From: Rubripirellula sp.
GTDB taxonomy: Bacteria; Planctomycetota; Planctomycetia; Pirellulales; Pirellulaceae
NCBI GenBank assembly: GCA_965216875.1
Contig: OZ244207.1
Location: 5,344,001-5,408,000 of the forward strand
DNA length: 64,000 bases
Direction: 5' to 3'
A model generated the notes under the pieces. It saw only the letters and a program-made list of their open reading frames with translations, searched no databases and was not told the origin of the DNA. The translations under genes and the position numbers were made by a program. Positions 40,096 to 49,331 of this stretch are shown one piece after another (within the stretch, counting starts at the first letter, position 1; every line of letters starts with the position of its first letter).

Positions 40096-41463
40096 TTACG
40101 AAGTACGGATCGAAACGCTGCGTGCGTGTGCGGTCAGCCCTTCCTTTTCAGCCAGCCGCTCGACATCGACCGCAATCTCATTCAAGGCGGCCTCGTCAAA
40201 CTGCGTCACGCTGCCGCTACGCAAAAAACTGTTGCTCGACAATCCAGCCGCCCAAGTACAGGTGCCGCCGGTCGGCAACACGTGACTCGGTCCCGCCGCG
40301 TAGTCGCCGAGCGCCACCGGAGTGTGATGCCCGAGAAACGCCGCGCCGCTGTTGCGAATCCTTTCGATCTGCGAGTTGGGGTTTTCAGTTTCAATGTGCA
40401 AGTGTTCGGGAGCAAACTGGTCAGTCAACTCGCATGCGTGGGCTTCGTCTCGAACAAGAATCAACGCACCAAACGCTTCCAAACTTTCAACCGTCAAATC
40501 ACTCCTTTCGAGCTGGGCAACTTGCTTGACCAGTTCGTCGTAGACCGCGTCGATGACCGAAGGTTCCCAGGTGATCAGAATCGCTGAACCGGGTGAGTGT
40601 TCGGCTTGGGCCAACAGGTCGGCGGCGATGAAGTCGGCTCGCGATGTCTTGTCGGCGATCACAATCACTTCGCTTGGGCCGGCGAACGAATCGATATCGA
40701 CCGTTCCATAAACAAGCTTCTTTGCCAACGCGACAAACAGGTTGCCTGGTCCGACGATCTTGTCGACCGCAGGAACTGCGTCGCATCCGTAAGCCATCGC
40801 GGCAACCGCTTGGGCGCCACCCATTCGATAGACTTCCGTCACGCCAAGCTCGTGACAGGTGGCCAGCATGTCGGTGTTGTAGGCACCAAAGGGTGTCGGC
40901 GGCGCAACCACGGCGATCTCTTTGACACCGGCTACTTGTGCGGGGACGACCGTCATCAACACAGTCGATGGATAGGCGGCCGCTCCGCCGGGGACACACA
41001 CACCGACGCGGCGCAGTGGCAGGTATCGCTGGGTGAGCGTGACGCCAGGTTTTGGGTTGATCGTGACGTCTTGGTGCAAAATCGCTTTTTGGAATTCCGC
41101 GACATTGTCACGAATGCGACGAATCGATTCGATCAATTGGGGATCAGCCTGCGCGTGCGCCGCTGCGAGGTCTTCGGCGGGGACTCGCAACTGTTCGGCA
41201 GCCAGATCGGCTTTGTCGAGCGCTTTGCTGTAGCGGAGCAGGGCAGGGGTGCCGTCGCGGCGAACGTCATCGCAGATCGTGTCGACCACTTCGACGGGCG
41301 TGAGAGGTTTCCCGAACACTTCTTCGGTCAACGCACGCCCACGCGGGCTAACAACGTCTCCGGCAGGGCTCAGTTTTCGACGCAGCTCGTCAAGGATATC
41401 GGCTGATCCGGAAGTCGCATCGACCCGTTGGATCTGTAAAGCTTGGGAGGGGGTAGAGGACAT
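40096..41463 (-). CDS. hisD: Histidinol dehydrogenase
   Basis: VPGG...YPSTVLM, GGAQAVAA, KIVGPGN, AGPSE, DLLAQAEH, APEHL, GPSHVLPT. Confidence 0.97.
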   Translation of the reverse strand: MSSTPSQALQIQRVDATSGSADILDELRRKLSPAGDVVSPRGRALTEEVFGKPLTPVEVVDTICDDVRRDGTPALLRYSKALDKADLAAEQLRVPAEDLAAAHAQADPQLIESIRRIRDNVAEFQKAILHQDVTINPKPGVTLTQRYLPLRRVGVCVPGGAAAYPSTVLMTVVPAQVAGVKEIAVVAPPTPFGAYNTDMLATCHELGVTEVYRMGGAQAVAAMAYGCDAVPAVDKIVGPGNLFVALAKKLVYGTVDIDSFAGPSEVIVIADKTSRADFIAADLLAQAEHSPGSAILITWEPSVIDAVYDELVKQVAQLERSDLTVESLEAFGALILVRDEAHACELTDQFAPEHLHIETENPNSQIERIRNSGAAFLGHHTPVALGDYAAGPSHVLPTGGTCTWAAGLSSNSFLRSGSVTQFDEAALNEIAVDVERLAEKEGLTAHARSVSIRTS

Positions 41464-41738
41464 CGTTGGTTCGTGTGACGGTTGGTCGATCAAGTCCAAG
41501 ACGCTGGCGGCCTTTCCACGCGGGTGGCCAGCGTCATCTCAGTCAATCGGCGAGGCATGGACGAAGCCGACAACTGGGGCTCCTTATCATAAGCCGATAC
41601 AATATTTTCGTTACCCGGTAAGGGGTAATTCGTTGGCGGATGGCGGACTTTCACCCACCAACCGATCACAGATGCCCCATGCTGGCCCGATTCAGCCGGT
41701 TGTGCCGGAATCACCGGATGCGGGAATGGCCAGCGTCG

Positions 41739-41798
41739 GATGGTTTCGGACCTGATGGTTTGGGGCCTGATGATTGGGCTCCAGGTCGTTGGGGCCAG
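41739..41798. repeat. Degenerate 15-bp tandem repeat (about 4 units)
   Basis: GATGGTTTCGGACCT / GATGGTTTGGGGCCT / GATGATTGGGCTCCA / GGTCGTTGGGGCCAG upstream of ltaE. Confidence 0.5.
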
Positions 41799-41830
41799 AA
41801 TTCGAGAACTGCAAGATCACAGAAGGACCC

Positions 41831-42892
41831 ATGTCCAAACAGACCGATCCAATCGATTTACGCAGCGACACGGTGACGCAGCCGACCGCGGCGATGCGAG
41901 AGGCGATCGCGTCGGCAGTGGTGGGTGACGCGGTGATTGATGTCGACCCGACGGTCGAGCGTTTGGAGAACATCACCGCGGAACTGCTCGGCAAAGAAGC
42001 GGCGGTCTTCATGCCCAGTGGCTCGATGACCAACCAGATCGCGGTGCGTGTGCACTGTGACCGAAGCAGCGAGTTTTTGTGCGAAGCCGATTGCCATATT
42101 TACCATTACGAACAGGGGGCCTTTGCCCAACTCTCTGGGCTCGTTGCCCATACGGTCGCCGGGGACGATGGCGTCCTCACCGTCGATCACCTCCGCGGAA
42201 TGATTAGACCCGAGAACGAACACATGGTTCGCACTCAATTGGTTTGCTTGGAAAACACCCACAACCGCTGGGGTGGTCGCATTCAGCCACAGGACGAGGT
42301 GGAACACATCTGCCAGTGGGCCAAAGAAAACGGACTCGCTTGCCACCTCGACGGCGCGCGACTTTGGAACGCGTCGATTGCAACCGGGATTTCTGAGCGT
42401 GAACTTGCCGAGCCCTTTGATTCGGTCAGTGTCTGTTTCAGCAAAGGCTTGGGCGCCCCGGTCGGCTCGATCCTTGCCGGAACGGCGAAGTTCATTACCG
42501 AAGCGCGGCGAGCGAGAAAGTTGTTTGGGGGCGGAATGCGGCAGGCAGGCGTTTTGGCAGCCGGAGCCGTCCACGCTCTCGATCATCACCGTGAACGCTT
42601 GGCCGATGACCACGCCCATGCCCAACGTCTCGGTGATGCATGCAGTGCTTGCAGCTCGCTCGAAATCCGTGGCGGACGCATCGACACGAACATTGTGATC
42701 TGCGAGGTAGATCCCGATTGGGGCGATGGCGAGTCGTTGGCGTCACAGTTGGAATCTCAAGGCGTGCGTTGTTTTGCGATTGGGAAACAAGCGATTCGTC
42801 TGGTCACCCATCTCGATGTCGACTCAGCGCAAATCGATCGTGCTTGTGAAATCATCAAATCGGTCGCCAGCAAATCGGTCCAAAACGTCTGA
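41831..42892 (+). CDS. ltaE: Low-specificity L-threonine aldolase
   Basis: DLRSDTVT, PSGSMTN, LENTHN, HLDGARLWNA, CFSKGLGAPVGS, GGGMRQAG, RLVTH. Confidence 0.92.
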   Translation: MSKQTDPIDLRSDTVTQPTAAMREAIASAVVGDAVIDVDPTVERLENITAELLGKEAAVFMPSGSMTNQIAVRVHCDRSSEFLCEADCHIYHYEQGAFAQLSGLVAHTVAGDDGVLTVDHLRGMIRPENEHMVRTQLVCLENTHNRWGGRIQPQDEVEHICQWAKENGLACHLDGARLWNASIATGISERELAEPFDSVSVCFSKGLGAPVGSILAGTAKFITEARRARKLFGGGMRQAGVLAAGAVHALDHHRERLADDHAHAQRLGDACSACSSLEIRGGRIDTNIVICEVDPDWGDGESLASQLESQGVRCFAIGKQAIRLVTHLDVDSAQIDRACEIIKSVASKSVQNV

Positions 42893-44457
42893 TGGAATCG
42901 GCCGAATCGTCTTGCCCGGTTCGTGATGAAAACGATCATCGCGTCTGCTGGAAACGCCTGACCGTTTGGTCATGCGCTATCTTCGCCGCCGCCGTTGCGC
43001 TGCGGATGCCGTCCTGTTACGAGAGTTTTTGGGTCGACGAATTGCATTCGGCTTGGACGGTCTGGGGCAGCCTTGGTGATGTCTTTCACCGTTCCGACAT
43101 TGGACATCAATCGCCGATCTATTTCCTTGGGCTTTGGCTTTGGAAAGCCGTGGTTGGCGAAAGCGAATTGGCGCTGCGACTCAGCAGCGTGCTTGCGGTT
43201 TCGGCAGCGTGCGGGTTGCTAACGTTTGGCATCGGGCGATGGACCAACAACCTACTTGCGGGCTTGGCATCGGGCGCCATCCTTGCGATTGAGTCGAACA
43301 GTCTGTTCTTTGGCACAGAACTGCGCCCTTACGCGTTCGTGATTCTCTTTTCGAGCATCGCGTGTTTGTTCTATCTGAGGATCCTTGACACCCGTTCGCG
43401 TGGCGAAGATTCGGTTGGTTGGTGCGGATTGATCGTTGCCGTTGTCCTTGCCGCAATCTGTCAACCAACATCGGCCGGAGTGCTCGCGTGGTTGCCGCTT
43501 ACGTTGATTGCGATCTGGTTCGTTCGAGATCGAAAGCAACTCTTGCGAGTTTCGATGCTCGATGGGGTCGTTCTGATCTCGCTCTCGGCGATCGGGTTTG
43601 CACTTTGGCGAATCACGCTAGGTGAATCGTGGCAGCAACGTGACAATTGGGCGTCCTTTGCGACAGCGCAAAACATCAACCAGCTTTGGCAAGCTTGGAA
43701 TTGGCGGTGGTTGGCGATCATTCCTGCCGGACTGCTGGTCGTGTCGCTCGTCGTGCATCGAGTCCGCCGTCCGGACACCAACAAGCGCCGCCGGCCGATC
43801 TATCTCGCAACATGCTTGATGCTGCTTATCAGCTTCGTCGCAACGCTTCTGTTTTGGGCAGTGTCGGTGATGGAGTGGGTTCCCATTTGGCATCGTCGTT
43901 TCTTCGTCGCAGTCCTGCCGATGTTCGCAATCATTGCTGGCGGTGTTGTGGCGGCATATGGACAACAAGTTGCCAAGCCAAACCGAAGAGGGGCAATCAG
44001 TTTGGCGATTGGCACCTTGCTGGTCGTCGGCTTGGGAGTGAGCCAAAAGACATTCCAGCGTCTCGACCGTTACCCCGTCGCGCTGGTCCGGCGGGGTGAA
44101 GATTGGCGGGGAGCGGTTGAGTGGGTCAATCGAAATATCGAAGGAAACAACCTGGTCTACATCGACAGTGGTTTGATTGAGAGCCAGCAGTTACTCGGCG
44201 GCGTTGTGATCGTTCGGTCGGAGTTGCCTGCCGAGCAGAGGGAGTACCTCTCGTACCCTGTCCTTGGACCTTATCAACTCGCCGATTGCAGAGTCAGTCC
44301 CGTGTTTTATGGCTACCTCAATCATCCAACAAGAAGAGCATTCATGTTGATTCGTCGTCCCGTCGACCGCCGCCAATTGCCCTTGGGTACGGGCATTTAC
44401 GAATTCGGTGGTGTCAAAGTGCTCGCCTTTCCAAGCCGCCTCGACATGGTGCGCTGA
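42892..44457 (+). CDS. Glycosyltransferase family 39 (PMT-like) membrane protein
   Basis: SFWVDE loop, H.P.YF, E..LRL.S, ELRPYA, many TM segments. Confidence 0.75.
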   Translation: MESAESSCPVRDENDHRVCWKRLTVWSCAIFAAAVALRMPSCYESFWVDELHSAWTVWGSLGDVFHRSDIGHQSPIYFLGLWLWKAVVGESELALRLSSVLAVSAACGLLTFGIGRWTNNLLAGLASGAILAIESNSLFFGTELRPYAFVILFSSIACLFYLRILDTRSRGEDSVGWCGLIVAVVLAAICQPTSAGVLAWLPLTLIAIWFVRDRKQLLRVSMLDGVVLISLSAIGFALWRITLGESWQQRDNWASFATAQNINQLWQAWNWRWLAIIPAGLLVVSLVVHRVRRPDTNKRRRPIYLATCLMLLISFVATLLFWAVSVMEWVPIWHRRFFVAVLPMFAIIAGGVVAAYGQQVAKPNRRGAISLAIGTLLVVGLGVSQKTFQRLDRYPVALVRRGEDWRGAVEWVNRNIEGNNLVYIDSGLIESQQLLGGVVIVRSELPAEQREYLSYPVLGPYQLADCRVSPVFYGYLNHPTRRAFMLIRRPVDRRQLPLGTGIYEFGGVKVLAFPSRLDMVR

Positions 44458-44559
44458 GCTTCGGTGCACCAAGTGCGCTGAGCTTTGATGAACCAGTGCG
44501 CTGTATTGCCGCGGTTACGCCCATTGTTTGACCACGGTCTAGAATGAACCGTGTCGACC

Positions 44560-44622
44560 GTTCGTAGTACCGAGCTTTAGCCGGAATCTTTGCTCCTTCC
44601 GCCTGAAGGCGGGACCACAAAC
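44560..44622. repeat. REP-like inverted doublet (family B)
   Basis: GTTCGTAGTACCGAGCTTTAGCCGGAATCTT...TTCCGCCTGAAGGCGGGACCACAAAC; inverted relative to the 30327-30390 copy. Confidence 0.8.
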
Positions 44623-44679
44623 GGTGAGAGTGCCTGGCTTGAGCACCCTCGGCCCAAACATTCGTTCAGGCTTTCAGAG

Positions 44680-46068
44680 TTGCCACGTCTTCCGCATCTA
44701 ACGATCACAATCCTTTTCCTGAGTGCTCTTGCACTCAGGGAGATGGCTGATGATGCGCTAGCAGATGATGCATCCAACGGGGGCAATGCGGATCGGGGCT
44801 ACAAGTTGCTGACCGAAACGCCTGTGTTGCCGAGTGACTTTTCGGACGACGTCTTCAATCAAGTGTGGCGTAGTTGGCCGGAACCGCTGCGAAGCCGCGC
44901 TGAATCGGCCAGTCTTTCAAAGCGGCGAGCGATGGCGTTTACGCGTTACGGTCTCTCGACCCGCCCAGGCGACTCCTCTGGCAAACCGCTGCAGTACGTC
45001 GTCGATGACAAACAGCAATGGACAATGAATTGCTTTTCCTGTCATGGCGGAAGCGTTTATGGAAAAACGACGCCAGGCGCACCAAACAATCGCTTCGACC
45101 TACAAACACTTACCGAAGAAGTCCGGTCGACCAAGTTTCGCGTCGGTCAACCGCTCACTCGGATGGATCTTGGCGCGCTGGTGATCCCACTGGGAACGAC
45201 CCACGGCACCACCAACGCCGTCGTCTTTGGCATGGGACTGATGCACCATCGTGACACCGAGCTCAACATCATTGACCGACCGCCCGTTCGCTTCACGCAT
45301 CACGACATGGACGCGCCGCCTTGGTGGCACTTTCATAAACGGCCACACATTTACATCGATGGTTTCGCCGAGAAAGGGCACCGCGGCTTGATGCAATTCA
45401 TGCTCGTTCCCGAGAACGGACCTGAGTTCTTTCGCAATCACGAAGAGGACTTTCGCGATGTCTTTGCCTACATCAGTTCGCTTCGGCCACCAAAGTACCA
45501 AGGTCCGGTTGATCGCCAGCTTGCGTTGCGTGGTGAAGTGATCTTCAACCGCTCCTGTGCTGATTGCCACGGAACCTACGGCGACAACTCGTCGTATCCC
45601 GATGTCCGTATTCCGATCGAAGAGATCGGGACCGATTCGGTGCGTCTCACCGCACTCTCGGTCGCGGGACGTTCGAAGTATGCCAACAGTTGGTTCGCAC
45701 ACGCTGGTGAAGCGGACGAACAAACGACCGTCGTTGATCCGGACGGCTACGTCGCGCCGCCGCTCGACGGTGTTTGGGCAAGCCCGCCCTATTTCCATAA
45801 CGGAAGCGTGCCAACGCTGTGGCATGTGCTTCACCCCGAAGCTCGACCGACCGTTTGGCGCCGAAGCGAAACCGACATGGATCACGATCGAGTGGGTTTC
45901 AAAATCGAGGTGGCGAAGAAAGTGCCGCTCACCGAACCCGATGTCTCGATTCGGCGCAGCTATTTTGACACCCGCCGATTTGGCAAAGGCAACGGAGGCC
46001 ACGACTATCCAAGCGAGTTAAGCGAACCAGAGAAGCGGGCAGTCTTGGAATATTTGAAGACCCTGTAG
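44680..46068 (+). CDS. Secreted di-heme cytochrome c (RoxA/MauG-like); start codon uncertain
   Basis: Signal-like N-terminus, CFSCH and CADCH heme motifs, PPYFHNGSVPTL motif, terminal LEYLKTL. Confidence 0.8.
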   Translation: MPRLPHLTITILFLSALALREMADDALADDASNGGNADRGYKLLTETPVLPSDFSDDVFNQVWRSWPEPLRSRAESASLSKRRAMAFTRYGLSTRPGDSSGKPLQYVVDDKQQWTMNCFSCHGGSVYGKTTPGAPNNRFDLQTLTEEVRSTKFRVGQPLTRMDLGALVIPLGTTHGTTNAVVFGMGLMHHRDTELNIIDRPPVRFTHHDMDAPPWWHFHKRPHIYIDGFAEKGHRGLMQFMLVPENGPEFFRNHEEDFRDVFAYISSLRPPKYQGPVDRQLALRGEVIFNRSCADCHGTYGDNSSYPDVRIPIEEIGTDSVRLTALSVAGRSKYANSWFAHAGEADEQTTVVDPDGYVAPPLDGVWASPPYFHNGSVPTLWHVLHPEARPTVWRRSETDMDHDRVGFKIEVAKKVPLTEPDVSIRRSYFDTRRFGKGNGGHDYPSELSEPEKRAVLEYLKTL

Positions 46069-46074
46069 GTCATG

Positions 46075-46613
46075 AGCCCGCAGGGCGCTAAATCCCAGCC
46101 GGCTCAGCCCGGAGGGCGATAGATCACTGCCGGCGGCGTCAGCCGCCGGTGTGCTGGTCTGCTGAATGAAAAGCCCGAAGGGCGACAGAGTTGGGATGCA
46201 TGAAGTCGATGTATCGCCCTCCGGGCTTAACGAAGTCGTCTCGCGTCCGGTGGCTGACGCCACCGGCAAGGATATTTCGCCCTCCGGGCTTCAGTTCCAA
46301 AGCCCGGAGGGCGGCAAATCACAGCCGGCGGCGTCAGCCGCCGGTGTGTTTTGGTCTGCTAAATGAAAAGCCCGAAGGGCGACACATTTGCTAAGCAGGA
46401 TTTCGATGTATCGCCCTCCGGGCTTAACTAGGTGAGGCTTCAGGTCCGGTGGCTGACGCCACCGGCAAAGATATTTCGCCCTCCGGGCTAGGTGCGCCGG
46501 CAAGGATGCGTCGCCCTCCGGGCTTCAGTCGCCAAGCCACACTTAGCCCGGAGGGCGGCAAATCACAGCCGCCGGTATGCTGGTCGATTGGGCGCAAAGC
46601 CCGAAGGGCGACA
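46075..46613. repeat. Tandem composite palindromic units upstream of the transposase
   Basis: Units at 46106-46290 and 46301-46489 and a left half-unit at 46545-46613, built from AGCCCGGAGGGCG and GCCGG(C/T)GGCGTCAGCC(G/A)CCGG. Confidence 0.9.
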
Positions 46614-46634
46614 GATTCAAATGGGGCAACTTCG

Positions 46635-47087
46635 ATGGCTTCTCATCAACAACTCTTGTACCACTTGGTATTCAGCACCAAGGGACGACGACCATTACTA
46701 CGCGACGATTCATTCCGCGATGGGGTTTGGCGATACATGGCGGGTATCTGCAGCAACCTCGAAGGACATGCCATTCAAGTGGGTGGCCACTATGAACATG
46801 CGCATTTGCTGGTCCGAATTCCAGCAAAGATCGCCGTCGCCGATTTTGTGCGTCAGCTCAAATCAAGCACCAGCAAGCACATTAATCAAGTGCGAAACGC
46901 GGCGTTGAAGTTTCATTGGCAAGACGGATACGGCGCTTTTACCGTCAGCAAGTCCAAGTCGGATTTGGTGGTTCAGTACATTGATCGCCAAATGGAGCAT
47001 CATGCCAAGCGAACATTCAAAGATGAGTTTCTAAAGATGCTGGCGGATCATGAAGTTGAGTTTGATCCAAATTACATTTGGGCATGA
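46635..47087 (+). CDS. tnpA: IS200/IS605-family (RAYT-like) HUH Y1 transposase
   Basis: YHLVFSTKGR, HUH motif EHAHLLV, LKSSTS, FHWQDGYGAFTVS, catalytic YIDRQ..HH; no tnpB adjacent. Confidence 0.92.
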   Translation: MASHQQLLYHLVFSTKGRRPLLRDDSFRDGVWRYMAGICSNLEGHAIQVGGHYEHAHLLVRIPAKIAVADFVRQLKSSTSKHINQVRNAALKFHWQDGYGAFTVSKSKSDLVVQYIDRQMEHHAKRTFKDEFLKMLADHEVEFDPNYIWA

Positions 47088-47096
47088 TGAATTTGA

Positions 47097-47490
47097 TGTA
47101 TCGCCCTCCGGGCTTAACTAGGTGAGGCCTCGGGTCCGGTGGCTGACGCCACCGGCAAGAATATTGCGCCCTCCGGGCTACGTGCGTCGGCAAGGATGCT
47201 TCACCCTCCGGGCTACAGTCCCAAAGTCGCGCTTAGCCCGCAGGGCGGTAAATCTCTGCCGGCGGCGTCAGCCGCCGGTATGCTGGTCCGCTGAATGAAA
47301 AGCCCGAAGGGCGACACATTTGCTAAGCAGGATTTCGATGTATCGCCCTCCGGGCTTAACAAAGTGGGGCTTCAGGTCCGGTGGCTGACGCCACCGGCAA
47401 GGATATTTCGCCCTCCGGGCTAGGTGTGCCGGCAAGGATGCGTTGGCTCCGGGCTGGGTGTGCCGACAAGGGCGTCGCCTTCCGGGCTCG
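47097..47490. repeat. Composite palindromic units downstream of the transposase
   Basis: Right half-unit 47097-47179, full unit 47235-47421, then degenerate CGCCCTCCGGGCT tails. Confidence 0.9.
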
Positions 47491-47497
47491 GTGCCCG

Positions 47498-48847
47498 TCA
47501 CTCGTCCGAATCCCCTGACAGCTTTGCTTGGGTTTCGGCGGAGCGGCGGCCGAAGATGATCCCGGTGCCGCGGAGCTTCCAGAGGAAGAAGACTGCACCG
47601 ACGCCCATCAACGCCGCACAGATGTAGAACATTTTTTGCGGCGTATCAAAAGCACCTCGCGCGCCCCAGTAAAGGAGGGATGCGACCGACATAAAACTAA
47701 ATGAGACCGCGTTCGCCGTCCCCAAAAACTGACCACGTTCACCATCAGGCGAGAACTTCTGCAACATCGCCTGCAGCGGGATGATGTAGAACCCTGCACA
47801 GATCCCGGCGCCAAAGATAAAGCCACCCGTGTTGCTGAAAACAACACGAAGCTGTTTCGGCATGTCGGGAAGCGTTGGCTCGATCGAAGCAAGTAGCACG
47901 AAGAAGACGGTCAATCCAGCGGCCCCGATTGGCACCAATCGCGGCTCGATATGGTGACCGGAAATCAAGCCAGCAAGCGCGCACCCGAGTCCGACTGAGA
48001 TTCCAAGGACGCCCATCAGCGCGCTCGCTTCGCTGCGATCGATCCCGAGCACTTCGTTGTATTCAGGAATGATCAACAGTGCGATCGCTGCAAGCATGTA
48101 AAAATAACCCCACGCCATCATGACCATCAACAAACGTGTCTTGGACATTTCCTTGATCACGGTGATGTAGGTCGCAAGCGGGTTGAAGTTGTATTTCAAA
48201 CTCTTGTCGCCTGGCTTGACCGGGGTCAAAAAGAACGCGCAAACGAGTCCGACAAGGGCGACTAGGATAAGAGCCACTCCGGGCAGCCACATGATCGGAT
48301 CTGCCGTGACGACGCTGCCATCGGCCAGTTCGACCGGCTTGGGTTGGTAGGCATCGGCGATCTTGCCGCCAAGCCAAGTTCCCAAGATGACCGCTAGGTT
48401 GGTCATCATGTTGATCGTGCCATTGGCGCGACTGAGGTCTGAGTCTTTGACCAGCTCGGGAATCATCCCGTACTTGGCTGGACCAAAGAACGAACTTTGG
48501 CACGCCAGCGCGATCAAGGCGAGCAGGGTGATCCAAGCGTTGTCGGTAAAGAAACCGATCGCCCCGATCGCAGCAATCGGCACTTCGGCAATCTTCACCC
48601 ATTTGGTGACGGTTCGTTTGGAATGACGGTCCGCGACTTGGCCAGCAAACCCCGACAGCAAGACGAACGGGACGGCAAAGCAAACACCGACGAAACCTTG
48701 ACCACCGACACCAAACGCCGTTTCCCACGGACCACCTTCGATCACCATGAACGCCAACACCATCTTCAAGACGTTGTCGTTCATCGCCCCAAAGAACTGG
48801 GTGGCGACCAGCGAAAGGAAGCCAGGTTTGACAAGATTGCTTTTCAC
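47498..48847 (-). CDS. MFS transporter (lysophospholipid transporter LplT-like); start codon uncertain
   Basis: TQFFGAMNDN, AGQVADRHSK, QSSFFGPAKYGMIPE, ANG, IPLQAMLQ; about 12 TM segments. Confidence 0.85.
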   Translation of the reverse strand: MKSNLVKPGFLSLVATQFFGAMNDNVLKMVLAFMVIEGGPWETAFGVGGQGFVGVCFAVPFVLLSGFAGQVADRHSKRTVTKWVKIAEVPIAAIGAIGFFTDNAWITLLALIALACQSSFFGPAKYGMIPELVKDSDLSRANGTINMMTNLAVILGTWLGGKIADAYQPKPVELADGSVVTADPIMWLPGVALILVALVGLVCAFFLTPVKPGDKSLKYNFNPLATYITVIKEMSKTRLLMVMMAWGYFYMLAAIALLIIPEYNEVLGIDRSEASALMGVLGISVGLGCALAGLISGHHIEPRLVPIGAAGLTVFFVLLASIEPTLPDMPKQLRVVFSNTGGFIFGAGICAGFYIIPLQAMLQKFSPDGERGQFLGTANAVSFSFMSVASLLYWGARGAFDTPQKMFYICAALMGVGAVFFLWKLRGTGIIFGRRSAETQAKLSGDSDE

Positions 48848-48937
48848 GAGAGCCGCATCCAAGGAGGTGTCGCACTTGCAGCCAGAGCCCCTCTTGGGCT
48901 TTGGCGCTCGTGATCTTACCGAAATGGCGGGCAATCA

Positions 48938-49303
48938 CTAAGAACGATATTTTTCGACCGCTTCGGGCAGTGGGTAAGCGGTCACGTCACGATCGCCCGT
49001 TTGAGCTGAAATCTCGAGCAATCGCGTGAATCCCCGAGTCACCAGGCTTGTTCGAGCGCCTGCGTATTGCGGGTCAAGAAGCCGCCGATCCATCGCGCCG
49101 TCGACCACAACGGGGTCGAATTTGGGGTGCTCGATAAACTGGGCGAGTACCGGATTGCAACGAATGTGACGCTCGGGGCTGGTGTGAAGCACCTCGGGAT
49201 CGAGCTCGCCTATCACATAGCGAAGGTAAAGATCGCTCTCGAAAATCGCAGCGACATCCTTGCCACAGACTTCGCAAACGTAGCCTTCGTCGCATTTCGC
49301 CAT
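48938..49303 (-). CDS. Hypothetical protein with Cys/His motif
   Basis: MAKCDEGYVCEVCG...ERHIRC; closely follows dapB on the same strand. Confidence 0.7.
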   Translation of the reverse strand: MAKCDEGYVCEVCGKDVAAIFESDLYLRYVIGELDPEVLHTSPERHIRCNPVLAQFIEHPKFDPVVVDGAMDRRLLDPQYAGARTSLVTRGFTRLLEISAQTGDRDVTAYPLPEAVEKYRS

Positions 49304-49331
49304 GGCGGGTCCAAGTTTGTTGGGGCGTCTT

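Noticed and set aside
46449..46634. N-terminal extension of the transposase ORF
   Set aside because: It is translated repeat sequence; family similarity starts at MASHQQLLYHLVFSTK (46635).
46075..47490. CRISPR array
   Set aside because: Repeats alternate in orientation, spacers are repeated rather than unique, no cas genes are present, and a Y1 transposase is embedded.
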